DNA of 44,857 nucleotides from sequence record OR861626.1. One strand, written 5' to 3'. Each line of letters opens with the position of its first letter. The stretch's first letter is position 1. Below, in pieces: positions 7,623 to 17,800 of the stretch. A model generated the notes under the pieces. It was not told the origin of the DNA and did not search any database. It saw nothing but the letters and a program-made list of their open reading frames with translations. The DNA comes from Escherichia phage phiA2-1. A program made the position numbers and the translations under genes.

Positions 7623-10598
7623 ATGGCAACAAATGAATTAGCCGGAATCACACTAGCCGTAGACGTCTCGCAGGTAGACAGAGGTACACAGTCCCTGCGG
7701 AAGTTCAGGCAGGCAAACCAGCAGGCCGCTTCCGGCATTAGTGAGTTCGTCAACGCCGAGCAGGTTGCAAAGAATCAAGCCAGAGACACAGCTCGCGCAC
7801 TGGCTGAACAGCAATCATCTTTGGCTAAATTGCAAACGGCTATTGACCCAACTGCGGCAAAGTTCCGTAAACTCCAGGAGGCTGCTGTAGGTCTTGATAA
7901 GGCTTTCGCGGCTGGAGTAGTTCCTGATGAGGAGTTTTTCCGCTTAGGTGAGGCGCTTGAAACGCAGAACGCAAAACTTGCTCGTTCACGTGCGGCACTA
8001 ACTGAAGAGGGTAGAGCGGCGGCGCAAGCTGCAAAGGATAAGGCAAAGGCAAAGGCTGAAGCGGATAGATTCATTGCATCACTTGAGCGTCAGGCTCAGG
8101 CGGCAACATTGACGCGAGAGGAGTACCTAAAGTTACAAGCGGCCCAGCTTGGCGTAAGTTCTCAGGCGGCGCCTATTATTGACAGAATCGCCGATGCATC
8201 ACGGAAGGCAAACACCCAGCTAATTGCTCAGAGCAAGGCCTTTCAACGCTCTGGCTTAAGCGCAGGTCAATACAAGGCTGCAATCTCTCAATTGCCAGCG
8301 CAGATTACAGATATTGGGACATCACTTGCTGGCGGCATTCCGATTTGGCTTATTGCAATTCAGCAAGGTGGACAAATTAAGGATGCATTTGGAGGTATTG
8401 GTAACACATTTAGTTTTGCGCTTGCTGCTTTAAACCCGTTCAACGTAGCAGTTGGGGTTCTCGGTGGCGCGCTTGTTGCTTTAGGCGTCGGTGCTGCGCA
8501 GGCTGAAAGTGAATTCAGGGCGTTAAACTCCGCCATTGCGTTCTCAAACAACTCCACAATCGCATCAATCTCGCAGGTTAGAGAGTTGGTTAGCTCTGTT
8601 TCTGATGCCACTGGTGCAACCAGAGGACTTGTGACTAGCATCGCAACAAGCCTTGTTGAGCAAGGAAACCTTACGCTAACGCAGATTGACAAGATTACTA
8701 AATCAACAGCCAGATGGGCTCAGTTGACAGGTAAGGATGCAAAGGAAATTACTGGTTACTATAACCAGATTGCGAGCGACCCAATTCAAGGACTTGCTGA
8801 TTTAGACAAGAGGTTTAACTTCCTTACACAGGGGCAGTTAACAACAATTGAAAGATTGAGAGAGACTAGGGGTGAGGTTGAAGCCGTAACTGCTGCTATT
8901 GATATATTTAGCAAATCACAAGAGGCAAACCTTAACGATATTGCAGCCCAGCTTACTCCTCTTGAATTGGCCTGGAATGACTTCAGGAAGTACATATCTG
9001 ATGTATGGGATGCAATTAGTCGCAGAACGGTTGGGGCGCTAAACCTGTTTGTTGACGTAATCGCCGGAACAATTGAGCAAATTAGGGTCTTCATCAACCA
9101 GGGTGATGTGCTGATTGGTGAATTCGTAATTAGCGCAACACAGGCACTGCAGAACATCCCCGGCCTTGATGGTGTTGGTGATGATGTTGTCAAGGGACAG
9201 CAGAAGATTATCGATGCCGCTAAGAAGCAAAACATTGAGCTAGAGAAGTCTATCAAGGAGCGCGATGCCAGAATCAGAGAAGGAGAACTTGGCTACGTTA
9301 CTCGCAGAGAAAATCAGAATACCAATGAGCAGTCAGGCACGGATGAGGAGTTTGCAAAAAGGAAGAAAGCGCTTCAGGATGAACTTGATGCGATCAAGAA
9401 GAGCAGGAAAGAAGAAAATGGTAGGGTTAAAGAGCAAAGAGACCTTACAATTGGTTACGAATCTGGCGTACTTGCACTACAGGCACAACTCAAGGTGCTT
9501 CAGGAAAACAGGGATATTGGCGCAGTAATAAGCAATGAGCGCAAGCAGTATCTTCAGGAGGTTGCAAAATTCCAGATTCTTGAGCAAAGGCAGCGTGATG
9601 GCTCAATAAAAAAAGAGCAAGCAAGACTTCTCATTGAAAAGGATAAAGTTCTTGAGTTGGCCAGGCAGAAGGCTGAGCTAGGTGATCAGATTGTTTTGCA
9701 AGAAAGAGCCAATAAGTTGGCTGAAGATAACCGCAAGAAGATTCTTCAGATTAACAATGAGGCAAGCAATATTGATTTGGGTACTGGATTATCATCTCGT
9801 GAACTGCAAAGAGCCAAAGAGATTCAGGCTCTTCAGTCCAATCAGGTCAATGCTGGTGGCTCTCTTGATGACGTTGATTTTCAGCAGCTACTGGAAGCAA
9901 GACGTAACTTTTATGCCCAGGAGGATGCGCTACGTGAAAACTGGCTCGCTGGTGTTAATCAATCCTTTGCCAATTGGGCTGAGAGCGCGACGGATGCATT
10001 CTCAATTGCTGGAAGTTTAACCACAACAGTCTTTGAAGGCATTACCGACCAGATTACAAACCTCGTAACAACTGGCGAAACAAACTTCAGAGAGTTTACT
10101 GTTAGCATCCTTAAACAGATTGCTAAGATTGCAACTCAGCTTCTTGTTGTAAAGGCCATCGAATCTAGCTTAAGTAGCTTCGGTGGTACTGGTGGCGCTA
10201 TTGGATCGATTGCATCTGGCTTGGGTTTTGCTGGTGGCGGCTACACCGGCAATGGCGGCAAGTACCAACCGGCAGGAACGGTACACCGTGGTGAATTTGT
10301 ATTCACAAAAGAAGCGACGAGCCGAATTGGTGTGAAAAACCTTTACGCGCTAATGAAAGGTTACGCAAACGGCTGCGCTGTAGGTGGTCCTTCAGGCTAT
10401 GCAAATGGGGGTTTGGTTTCTGGTGGAACAGATGTTAATGTTAGCGGAATAACTGTTAACGTTAATGGCGGTGTTGGTAGCGACCCAGAACAAGCCAAAG
10501 CATTGCAGAGTGGCGTTAAGGCAATCGTAGCGGAAGAGATTGCTCAGTCCTTCCAGCAAGGAGGAAAAGCGTATGCCTATCTGAGAGGTTTTAACTAA
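7623..10598 (+). CDS. Tail tape measure protein
   Basis: 991-aa ORF; long Ala/Gln/Lys-rich coiled-coil regions; follows the G/GT chaperone pair. Confidence 0.75.
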   Translation: MATNELAGITLAVDVSQVDRGTQSLRKFRQANQQAASGISEFVNAEQVAKNQARDTARALAEQQSSLAKLQTAIDPTAAKFRKLQEAAVGLDKAFAAGVVPDEEFFRLGEALETQNAKLARSRAALTEEGRAAAQAAKDKAKAKAEADRFIASLERQAQAATLTREEYLKLQAAQLGVSSQAAPIIDRIADASRKANTQLIAQSKAFQRSGLSAGQYKAAISQLPAQITDIGTSLAGGIPIWLIAIQQGGQIKDAFGGIGNTFSFALAALNPFNVAVGVLGGALVALGVGAAQAESEFRALNSAIAFSNNSTIASISQVRELVSSVSDATGATRGLVTSIATSLVEQGNLTLTQIDKITKSTARWAQLTGKDAKEITGYYNQIASDPIQGLADLDKRFNFLTQGQLTTIERLRETRGEVEAVTAAIDIFSKSQEANLNDIAAQLTPLELAWNDFRKYISDVWDAISRRTVGALNLFVDVIAGTIEQIRVFINQGDVLIGEFVISATQALQNIPGLDGVGDDVVKGQQKIIDAAKKQNIELEKSIKERDARIREGELGYVTRRENQNTNEQSGTDEEFAKRKKALQDELDAIKKSRKEENGRVKEQRDLTIGYESGVLALQAQLKVLQENRDIGAVISNERKQYLQEVAKFQILEQRQRDGSIKKEQARLLIEKDKVLELARQKAELGDQIVLQERANKLAEDNRKKILQINNEASNIDLGTGLSSRELQRAKEIQALQSNQVNAGGSLDDVDFQQLLEARRNFYAQEDALRENWLAGVNQSFANWAESATDAFSIAGSLTTTVFEGITDQITNLVTTGETNFREFTVSILKQIAKIATQLLVVKAIESSLSSFGGTGGAIGSIASGLGFAGGGYTGNGGKYQPAGTVHRGEFVFTKEATSRIGVKNLYALMKGYANGCAVGGPSGYANGGLVSGGTDVNVSGITVNVNGGVGSDPEQAKALQSGVKAIVAEEIAQSFQQGGKAYAYLRGFN

Positions 10599-10650
10599 TA
10601 GCACTAAATGGTAAAGCCAAAAGGATTTGGCTTGCTACAATTAGTGAAAA
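10598..10650 (+). promoter_or_regulatory. Promoter-like cassette variant (ATAGCACTAAATGGTAAAG, 22 nt, TACAAT)
   Basis: Box overlaps tape measure stop; TACAAT at 22-nt spacing; hairpin GCCAAA-AGGA-TTTGGC in the spacer. Confidence 0.4.
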
Positions 10651-10669
10651 TTAACATGAGGTTTAAAAG

Positions 10670-11140
10670 ATGAACTGGAATTATGTTTTTGAGTATAGAG
10701 AGGGTGTTCTTTATTGGAAGGTAAAACCAGCCATACAATACAATATTGGCGATGTTGCTGGTTTCTTTTGTGAAAAGAGAGGTTACATAATCGTTCAATA
10801 CAGGCGTGTAAAGGTAATGGCCCATAGGGTTGTATGGGAAATGTTTAATGGAAGAATAGCTGATGACATGGAAATTGATCACATTGACCACTCTAGAAAA
10901 AACAACAACATATCAAACCTAAGACTGGTAACGAAGAGTGATAACATGAAAAACAAAAGCATGTACTCATCAAATAAAACTGGCGTTGTCGGGGTTAGTT
11001 ACTGCAAAACAAAGAAAAAATTTATATCAAAGATAGGTAAGAGAATTCTATTAACAACAAGCAATTTTGAAGAGGCTGTAAAAGCGAGAAAAATCGCAGA
11101 GATAGCCCTTAATTATCACAAAAATCACGGGAGTAAATAA
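10670..11140 (+). CDS. HNH homing endonuclease (HNH plus AP2-like DNA-binding region)
   Basis: Motifs HRVVWE, IDHIDH, NLRLV...N..N; AT-rich gene inserted between tape measure and tail protein M. Confidence 0.7.
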   Translation: MNWNYVFEYREGVLYWKVKPAIQYNIGDVAGFFCEKRGYIIVQYRRVKVMAHRVVWEMFNGRIADDMEIDHIDHSRKNNNISNLRLVTKSDNMKNKSMYSSNKTGVVGVSYCKTKKKFISKIGKRILLTTSNFEEAVKARKIAEIALNYHKNHGSK

Positions 11141-11141
11141 T

Positions 11142-11492
11142 ATGGCTCTAGATACGTTTAATTTTTGTACTCAGGTTCAGAGTGGCGGCGGCTCATTTAC
11201 CAACGCAAGCAACGTGAGGAGTGTTTCATTCGGTAATGGCTACACCCAAATTGGAACCGGAGGCTACAGAACTAACAAGCGCACTTACAACATGACCTAC
11301 ACCAACACTAACTGGAAGGAAGTGTTAGACTTCTGTTTTGCGCACATCATTACACCTTTTGCGTGGACCACGCCACAAGGCGATACATCAATGTTTGTTA
11401 TTCAGCAGGATAGCATTAGCGTCACACCACTCAGTAAGGAAGTTCAGACTGTAAATATGCAATTCGTAGAAGTTTTTAGCTCAATGCGTTAA
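11142..11492 (+). CDS. Minor tail protein M (lambda gpM-like)
   Basis: 116-aa ORF; RSVSFGNGYTQ and WTTPQGD resemble lambda M; position before L. Confidence 0.6.
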   Translation: MALDTFNFCTQVQSGGGSFTNASNVRSVSFGNGYTQIGTGGYRTNKRTYNMTYTNTNWKEVLDFCFAHIITPFAWTTPQGDTSMFVIQQDSISVTPLSKEVQTVNMQFVEVFSSMR

Positions 11493-11497
11493 ACTAA

Positions 11498-11519
11498 GCC
11501 CCATTAGGGGCTTTTTTTA
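11498..11519 (+). terminator. Rho-independent terminator
   Basis: AGCCCC-ATTA-GGGGCT plus T7. Confidence 0.55.
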
Positions 11520-11531
11520 TTGGAGAAATAT

Positions 11532-12287
11532 ATGTTAAGTCCAAAGTTTGAAAATCAGTTGCAAAGCCTTTTCCCTGGAGAGATTGTGACTCTAATTCAG
11601 GTTGACGGCACGTCGTTTGGTTCTCGCGTTTACAATTTCCACAATGAGAACATTTCATACACACCTGAAGAAATCATGCTAGCCCAAATGAATGGCGAGC
11701 CACTACCAGAGAAAACCATCACCTTTCGTGGTGAAGAGTATGGCCCCAGACCTTTTGGTATCTCGGGCATCAATATGACCTCTGACGGCAAAGCCAACAA
11801 AGTGACGCTAACGGTGTCAAACGTAGACCAGCGCATTAGCGCATTGATTCGAACATACAACGGACTTGTTAAAGCTAAGGTTACCATCTGGATTACTACG
11901 CGAGATAACATCAATGAAGACGGAAGCATTGCTGATGGGGATTATCGCAGATTCGTTTACTTCATTGAGCGACCTAAGCAGGTTGATTACAAGACGGCAT
12001 CGTTTGAGCTAAGTAGCCCGATGGATATGGATGGTATTTACATTCCAGCAAGACTTGTTCAGTCTGTTTGCTACTGGGCTTCAAGGGGCTGGTATCGCAG
12101 CGGTAATGGTTGTGCTTATGCTGGTAATAGATACTTCAATAAGGATGATGAGCCAGTGTCAGACCCTTCATTGGATTTCTGCGCCGGAACGGTAAATAGC
12201 TGCAAGATTAGGTTTGGTGAGAATAATCAGTTGGATTTCGGTGGCTGCGCTGCAGCAAGTCTTCAGGCTAAAGCCAATCAATCATAA
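11532..12287 (+). CDS. Minor tail protein L (lambda gpL-like)
   Basis: Track ORF from 11520; ATG at 11532 after GGAG; ...TLTVSNV... motif resembling lambda L. Confidence 0.6.
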   Translation: MLSPKFENQLQSLFPGEIVTLIQVDGTSFGSRVYNFHNENISYTPEEIMLAQMNGEPLPEKTITFRGEEYGPRPFGISGINMTSDGKANKVTLTVSNVDQRISALIRTYNGLVKAKVTIWITTRDNINEDGSIADGDYRRFVYFIERPKQVDYKTASFELSSPMDMDGIYIPARLVQSVCYWASRGWYRSGNGCAYAGNRYFNKDDEPVSDPSLDFCAGTVNSCKIRFGENNQLDFGGCAAASLQAKANQS

Positions 12288-12311
12288 AAAAGGCCCCGAA
12301 AGGGGCCAAAA
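12286..12311. terminator. Bidirectional terminator between L (+) and rha-like gene (-)
   Basis: GGCCCC-GAAA-GGGGCC hairpin flanked by A-run and T/A-run. Confidence 0.5.
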
Positions 12312-12809
12312 TTACCATCCAAGAGTTAACTGTGCTTCCTTGTAAAGGTTCTCCATTTCTTCTTTCCGCTGCTTCTTGACCCTCTTCCACTCAGATAGTG
12401 TCTTTCCGCAACTGCTAGCAATCTCAACCTCTGACTTTAACGTTCCGATTAACTCATTGCATTTCTGCATTACTGATTTATTTTCTTCTTTATACTCCTC
12501 TTTAAGAATTCGCTCCATTTCGTTAAAAGCATTAATGTAAGCTTCCTTCCACTTTGCTGCCTCCTTTCCGGTAAAGCCCATTGCTAGGAATGAGAAACCA
12601 TCACGTGTAATGTCATAGCAATCTAACTTCTTGTTTTGCTTGGAAATATAAGATGAGGGCCGAAAATTAGGCTCTCTAAATTCTTCGCTACAATCAAGTC
12701 CTCGAATAGCATCAAGCACGTGCTTGTGCGACTTACCAAACTTTTCTGAAACATCCTTTGATGTGACTGTAATGCGACCATCTTTGCCTAAAGATACTAA
12801 ATCGTTCAT
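12312..12809 (-). CDS. Phage regulatory protein, Rha family (antirepressor-like)
   Basis: Track ORF 12312..12854; likely start ATG 12809 (MNDLVSL...); Rha-type motifs SEKFGKSHKHVLDAIRGL and FLAMGFTGKEAAKWKEAYINAF. Confidence 0.65.
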   Translation of the reverse strand: MNDLVSLGKDGRITVTSKDVSEKFGKSHKHVLDAIRGLDCSEEFREPNFRPSSYISKQNKKLDCYDITRDGFSFLAMGFTGKEAAKWKEAYINAFNEMERILKEEYKEENKSVMQKCNELIGTLKSEVEIASSCGKTLSEWKRVKKQRKEEMENLYKEAQLTLGW

Positions 12810-12853
12810 AATATACCTACCTGGTGAGTTGATTATTTGTTTATGGAGATTCA

Positions 12854-12882
12854 AATATAAAACTCCTAATAGGATTTGTCAA
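12854..12882 (-). promoter_or_regulatory. Sigma70-type promoter for the rha-like gene
   Basis: On minus strand: TTGACA, 17-nt spacer, TATATT, about 45 nt upstream of ATG 12809. Confidence 0.5.
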
Positions 12883-12905
12883 ATCTTAAAATCATAGAGG
12901 TGAAG

Positions 12906-13664
12906 ATGTTAACACCAAAAGTTAAACTGGAAATCTTCCAGCACGCAAAAGAAGTTTACCCGCACGAATGTTGCGGGGTTGTCACGCAGAAAGGTCGCGC
13001 GCAGAAATACCACAGAATCAAGAACGCCAGCAAAGACCCAGAGAATGAATTCATCCTTGATTCAAATGAGTATGCAGACGTTCTCTTTGAGTTGGCTCAC
13101 AACGAGTCAATTGTTTATGTAGTTCACTCTCATACAGGCGATGGAGCCACAACAAGACCAAGCCCAGCGGACATTTGCAGCTGCAATGAGTGCGAGATTC
13201 CTTACGTTATCGTCAGCATTCCGGAAGGAGACATGCGGATCCTTGAACCTTCAACCATGCCACTGATTGGTCGCCCATGGGGTCTTGGTAGCTTTGACTG
13301 CTGGGAGTTGGTAATGGCATTTCACAAGAAATACGGCGTCAAACTGAATGACTACCGCGTTAATTACCCGTGGTGGGAGAAGCGATACAATGAGAATATC
13401 TATGAAGACAACTGGATTAAGGAAGGATTTGAGCTAGTAAAAACTTCAGATATTCCTATTGGCTCAATGATTATGATGCAGGTTCAAAGTGAGGTGACAA
13501 ACCACGCCGGAATCTATATTGGCAACAACAGATTCATTCATCACCTTTATGGTAAAATGAGTTCAGTTGATATCTACTCCGATTACTGGCGAGAGCGCAC
13601 TGTGCGAATCGTTCGCCATAAGGATTTACCAGAGGATGTAATTTATGACCCAGAAACTGATTGA
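12906..13664 (+). CDS. Minor tail protein K (lambda gpK-like)
   Basis: Track ORF from 12876; ATG 12906 after GAGGTG; starts MLTPKVKLEIFQHA; HECCG and HSH motifs as in lambda K. Confidence 0.65.
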   Translation: MLTPKVKLEIFQHAKEVYPHECCGVVTQKGRAQKYHRIKNASKDPENEFILDSNEYADVLFELAHNESIVYVVHSHTGDGATTRPSPADICSCNECEIPYVIVSIPEGDMRILEPSTMPLIGRPWGLGSFDCWELVMAFHKKYGVKLNDYRVNYPWWEKRYNENIYEDNWIKEGFELVKTSDIPIGSMIMMQVQSEVTNHAGIYIGNNRFIHHLYGKMSSVDIYSDYWRERTVRIVRHKDLPEDVIYDPETD

Positions 13665-14217
13665 TATTAAGTTAGGCTTGTCTCTAGGCCGCAAGTTTGG
13701 AAAGATTCACCAGATGGCAGTGAATAGCGTGCCAGAGGCTATGCGAGCGCTTTGCTCTCAGATTCCTGCATTCAAGGAGTTCATGAGCAGCCACGTTGGG
13801 CAGAACACAAGATACGCAGTCTTTGTAGATGGTAAAAATGTGAACGAGCATCAAATCTCTGATTTTAGTGCCGTTCAGGAGATACGCATCTTGCCAATCC
13901 CGCAAGGCCGAAAGTCCGGCGGTTTGTTTCAGACAATTTTAGGTGCAGCGCTTATCACGGTTGGCATCTTCACTGGGCAGATTTATCTTGTTGGTGCTGG
14001 CGTATCTTTGGCAGCAGGTGGTATTTCCCAGCTACTCTCACCGCAGGCAACTGGATTAAAGACCCAGAACAACCAAACAAGCAACAGAGCATCTTACGCA
14101 TTTGGCTCGGCCGTGAACACTGTAGCTGCTGGTTATCCAGTTTGCCTTCCATACGGCTATCGAACTGTTGGCGGGTCTGTATTTAGTGCAGGCAGTTATA
14201 GTGAAGATATTTCTTGA
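13645..14217 (+). CDS. Tail assembly protein I (lambda gpI-like)
   Basis: 190-aa ORF overlapping K stop; Gly-rich hydrophobic C-terminal half; position between K and J. Confidence 0.5.
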   Translation: MTQKLIDIKLGLSLGRKFGKIHQMAVNSVPEAMRALCSQIPAFKEFMSSHVGQNTRYAVFVDGKNVNEHQISDFSAVQEIRILPIPQGRKSGGLFQTILGAALITVGIFTGQIYLVGAGVSLAAGGISQLLSPQATGLKTQNNQTSNRASYAFGSAVNTVAAGYPVCLPYGYRTVGGSVFSAGSYSEDIS

Positions 14218-14274
14218 TAATTAAATTATTCTGCATTACAGTCACCTTAAGATTTACTCTTTTGGTGACTTAAA

Positions 14275-14763
14275 ATGCAAAAATTCGAGAATTACCTTTA
14301 CGAGATTGATGGAAAGCTATACTGGAAGGAGGCGAGAAACAACTCGGCCAAAATAGAGTCAGAGGCTGGATTTATTCATCATTCTGGCTATAGGTATGTT
14401 AAATTGAATGACAAACAGACTTCATCTCACAGGATTCTTTGGTACTTAAGAAATGGATTCAAGATGCCACCTAAAGGCATGGAGATTGACCATATAAATG
14501 GAAACAGGCTTGACAACTCAGCTAGTAACTTACGGATTGTATCTTCATCGGTAAACTCAAAAAACAGGTCAAAAAGGTCAGATAACTCAAGCGGCGTTGC
14601 GGGAGTTGGATTTCATAAGTTAACTGGAACGTGGTGGGCTACGATATCAATAAACAAAAAGAGAAAGCACTTGGGGCTATTCGTTGATTGGTTTGAAGCA
14701 GTGTGCGCCAGAAAGAGCGCTGAGAACTTAAATGGTGAGTACACCTATAGACATGGTAAGTAA
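14275..14763 (+). CDS. HNH homing endonuclease (HNH plus AP2-like region)
   Basis: Motifs HRILWY, IDHINGN, NLRIV...N..N; inserted between I and J; inverted repeat AGTCACC/GGTGACT (14240..14270) just upstream of start. Confidence 0.7.
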   Translation: MQKFENYLYEIDGKLYWKEARNNSAKIESEAGFIHHSGYRYVKLNDKQTSSHRILWYLRNGFKMPPKGMEIDHINGNRLDNSASNLRIVSSSVNSKNRSKRSDNSSGVAGVGFHKLTGTWWATISINKKRKHLGLFVDWFEAVCARKSAENLNGEYTYRHGK

Positions 14764-14769
14764 AATCAG

Positions 14770-14792
14770 AACCCGCCTGGCGCGGGTTTTTT
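14770..14792 (+). terminator. Rho-independent terminator
   Basis: AACCCGC-CTGG-CGCGGGTT plus T-run. Confidence 0.55.
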
Positions 14793-14804
14793 ATTTACTG
14801 TAGA

Positions 14805-17800
14805 ATGGCACAAATGATCAAAACAAACATGAGGCTTTGTGATATGGCTGAAGAGATTAAGATTTATGGTGCCAAGGGTGGTAGCCAAAAGCAGCATCAA
14901 CCAGTGGAGCAGGAAGATAACCTAATTTCACTTAACAAGGTTAAGGTTCTTTTGGCGGTTGCTGACGGTGAGGTGGATCCTAACTTCTCATTGAAGGATT
15001 TATACCTTGCTGACGTTCCGGTACAAAATCAGGATGGTAGCTACAACTATGAAGGTGTTCGCGCTGAGTTCCGTGCTGGCACGCAGTATCAGGACTATAT
15101 CGCCGGGCTTGACGGTGCTAACTCAGAGATTCAGGCATCCAGAGAAATCAAGAACGATACCCCGTACATCATTGCAGTTAACAATACTCAGCTTTCAGCA
15201 ATTCGAGTTAAGCTATTCTGGCCTCGACTGGTTAAGCAAGAAAGCAATGGAGACCTGAACGGAACAACCTGCGAGTATGCAATTGACCTTTCTGTTAATG
15301 GTGGCGCTTACCAGGAATACACTCGCGGAGTTGCTAACGGAAAGACCACTACAGGTTACGACCGAAGCATTCGCGTAAACCTTCCGGCAGAATTTGATAG
15401 CGCGCTTGTTCGCATCCGTAAGATTACGCCGGATTCAACAAGTAGCACCCTGGTTAACGGTATGCAGATTACAACCTATCAGGAAGTAATTGACGCTAAA
15501 TTCCGCTATCCGCTTACGGCTCTGGTTTACGTTGAGTTTGGTTCTGACTTGTTCCCTAACGGCATCCCAACAATCTCAATCAAGAAGAGATGGAAGTTGA
15601 TTCAGGTTCCTACAAACTATAACCCTGAAACCAGAACTTATAGCGGCACATGGAATGGTCTATTCAAGATGGCATGGTCAAACAACCCAGCATGGGTTCT
15701 TTATGACCTAGTAACAAACCGCCGTTACGGACTTGACCAGCGAGAGCTGGGTGTAGAGATTGATAAGTGGGGCCTGTACGAAGCTGCACAATTCTGTGAC
15801 CAGATGGTTCCAGATGGCAAGGGTGGCTTAGAGCCGCGTTACCTTTGCGATATGGTTGTACAGAACAAGGTTGAGGCTTACACGCTAATTCGTGATATCT
15901 GTTCAATCTTTCGCGGCCTGACTTTCTATGACGGCGAAAAGATTGGCATCGTGGTTGATAAGCCTCGCAACCCATCTTACATCTTCACCAATGATAACGT
16001 TGTAAACGGATTGTTCAGTCGCACATTTGCCAGCGATAAAAGTCTTTACACCACGGCAAACGTTCAGTTTGATGATGTAGAGAACAACTATCAGCAGGAT
16101 GTTGAGCCAGTATTTGAGCTTGAGGCTACTCGCAGGTTCGGGTTTAATCCAGTCGACCTTACGGCAATTGGCTGCACTCGCAGAAGTGAAGCAAACAGAC
16201 GCGGCAGATGGCTCCTAAAAACCAACCTGAGAAGCGAAACTATCAGCTTCACTACCGGGTTGGAAGGCATGATTCCGATGATTGGCGAGGTTATTGCAGT
16301 TAATGATGCGGCATGGTCGAGCAACTATCAGTTGAACCTTTCCGGCCGCATTGAATCAGTGCAGGGGCTACAGGTTTTTACACCGTTTAAAGTTGACGCA
16401 GCGCCGGGTGACAGAATTCTTCTTAACAAGCCAGACGGAAGCCCGGAGGCAAGAACTATTGCCAGTGTTTCGGAAGACGGCAGAACAATCAACCTTAACA
16501 CTGCTTTCAGTTTTGTAGCTCAGCCAGACACTGTGTTCGCAATTGATAAGGATAACCTTGCGCTTCAGCAGTATGTTGTGACCGGGATTCAAAAGGCAGA
16601 TACTGACGGCTCTGATTCATTTCAGTACACGATTACTGCGGTGGAGTATGACCCTAACAAGTATGACGAGATTGACTACGGCGTTAATATTGTTGACCGT
16701 CCAACTTCAGTCGTAGAGCCTGATAGATTGTCGCCACCTGAGAATTTAACAGTGTCAAGCTACAGCAAGGTTGTTCAAGGATTATCAGTTGAGACGATGG
16801 TTATCGGGTGGGATAAAGCGCCATACGCTAAAACCTACAATGTTCAGTGGAGAAAAGAGAATGGCAACTGGATTAACGTACCAAGAACAGCTAGCACAGA
16901 GGTTGATATCGAAGGTATTTACGCAGGAATTTATGACGTTAGGGTTCGCAGCGTATCAGATACTGAAAACGTGTCTGCCTGGTCTGGTATTGTAACGGTA
17001 TCGCTAACTGGCAAGATTGGTCGCCCATCGGCACCTACGGTTATCACGGCGTCAACTGATGAAGTATTTGGTATCCGTGTTAAATGGGGATTCCCTGAAG
17101 GCTCTGGCGATACTGCTTACACTGAGCTTCAGCAGGTTCCAGATAATGGTGATGGTACTTACAATCCTGATAATGCAAGTTTGCTTACGTTACTTCCTTA
17201 TCCTGCCTACGAATACTGGCATACGCCAATTCAGCCAGGTAAGGTGATTTGGTATCGCGCAAGATTGATTGACAGAATCGGAAATACCTCTGATTGGTCT
17301 AATTTCGCAAGAGGCATGAGTACTGACGACGCAAACATTATCAATGATTTCATCAAGGTTGATATTGAAGGTTCAGAAGGATTCAAATACCTCGAGCAGA
17401 ATGCGATTCAAAAGAATCAGGACATTCAGAATCAAGCTGAGGCAATTATCGAGAACGCACTGGCTAATGATGGCGATGTTCGCAGAATGACAAAGGAGAA
17501 CGGCAAGCGTAAGGCTGAATATGTTCAGGCTGTGAATCTCATAGCCGATGAAACTCAGGCGCGCGTAGAGGCTCTAACGGCCCTTAAGGCGCAGATAGAT
17601 GATGAAGTTGTAGCATCGATTACAGAAGTTCAGACTGCATTAGCCACAGAGACAGAAGCAAGGACTACTGCAGACACGACTCTATCAGCAAGACTTGGTG
17701 AAAATGAGGCGGCTTTAAACCAGAAGCTGGACGCATTCTCTAATGCCACATCGACTGGTGTGCAGTACGGAATTAGTCTTGGCCTGAAATACAATGGACA

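Noticed and set aside
7775-10020. Several antisense and alternative-frame ORFs inside the tape measure gene (7775..8074, 8360..8692, 8786..9256, 9265..9528, 9682..10020)
   Set aside because: All nested within the 991-aa tape measure ORF; low-complexity products typical of alternative frames.
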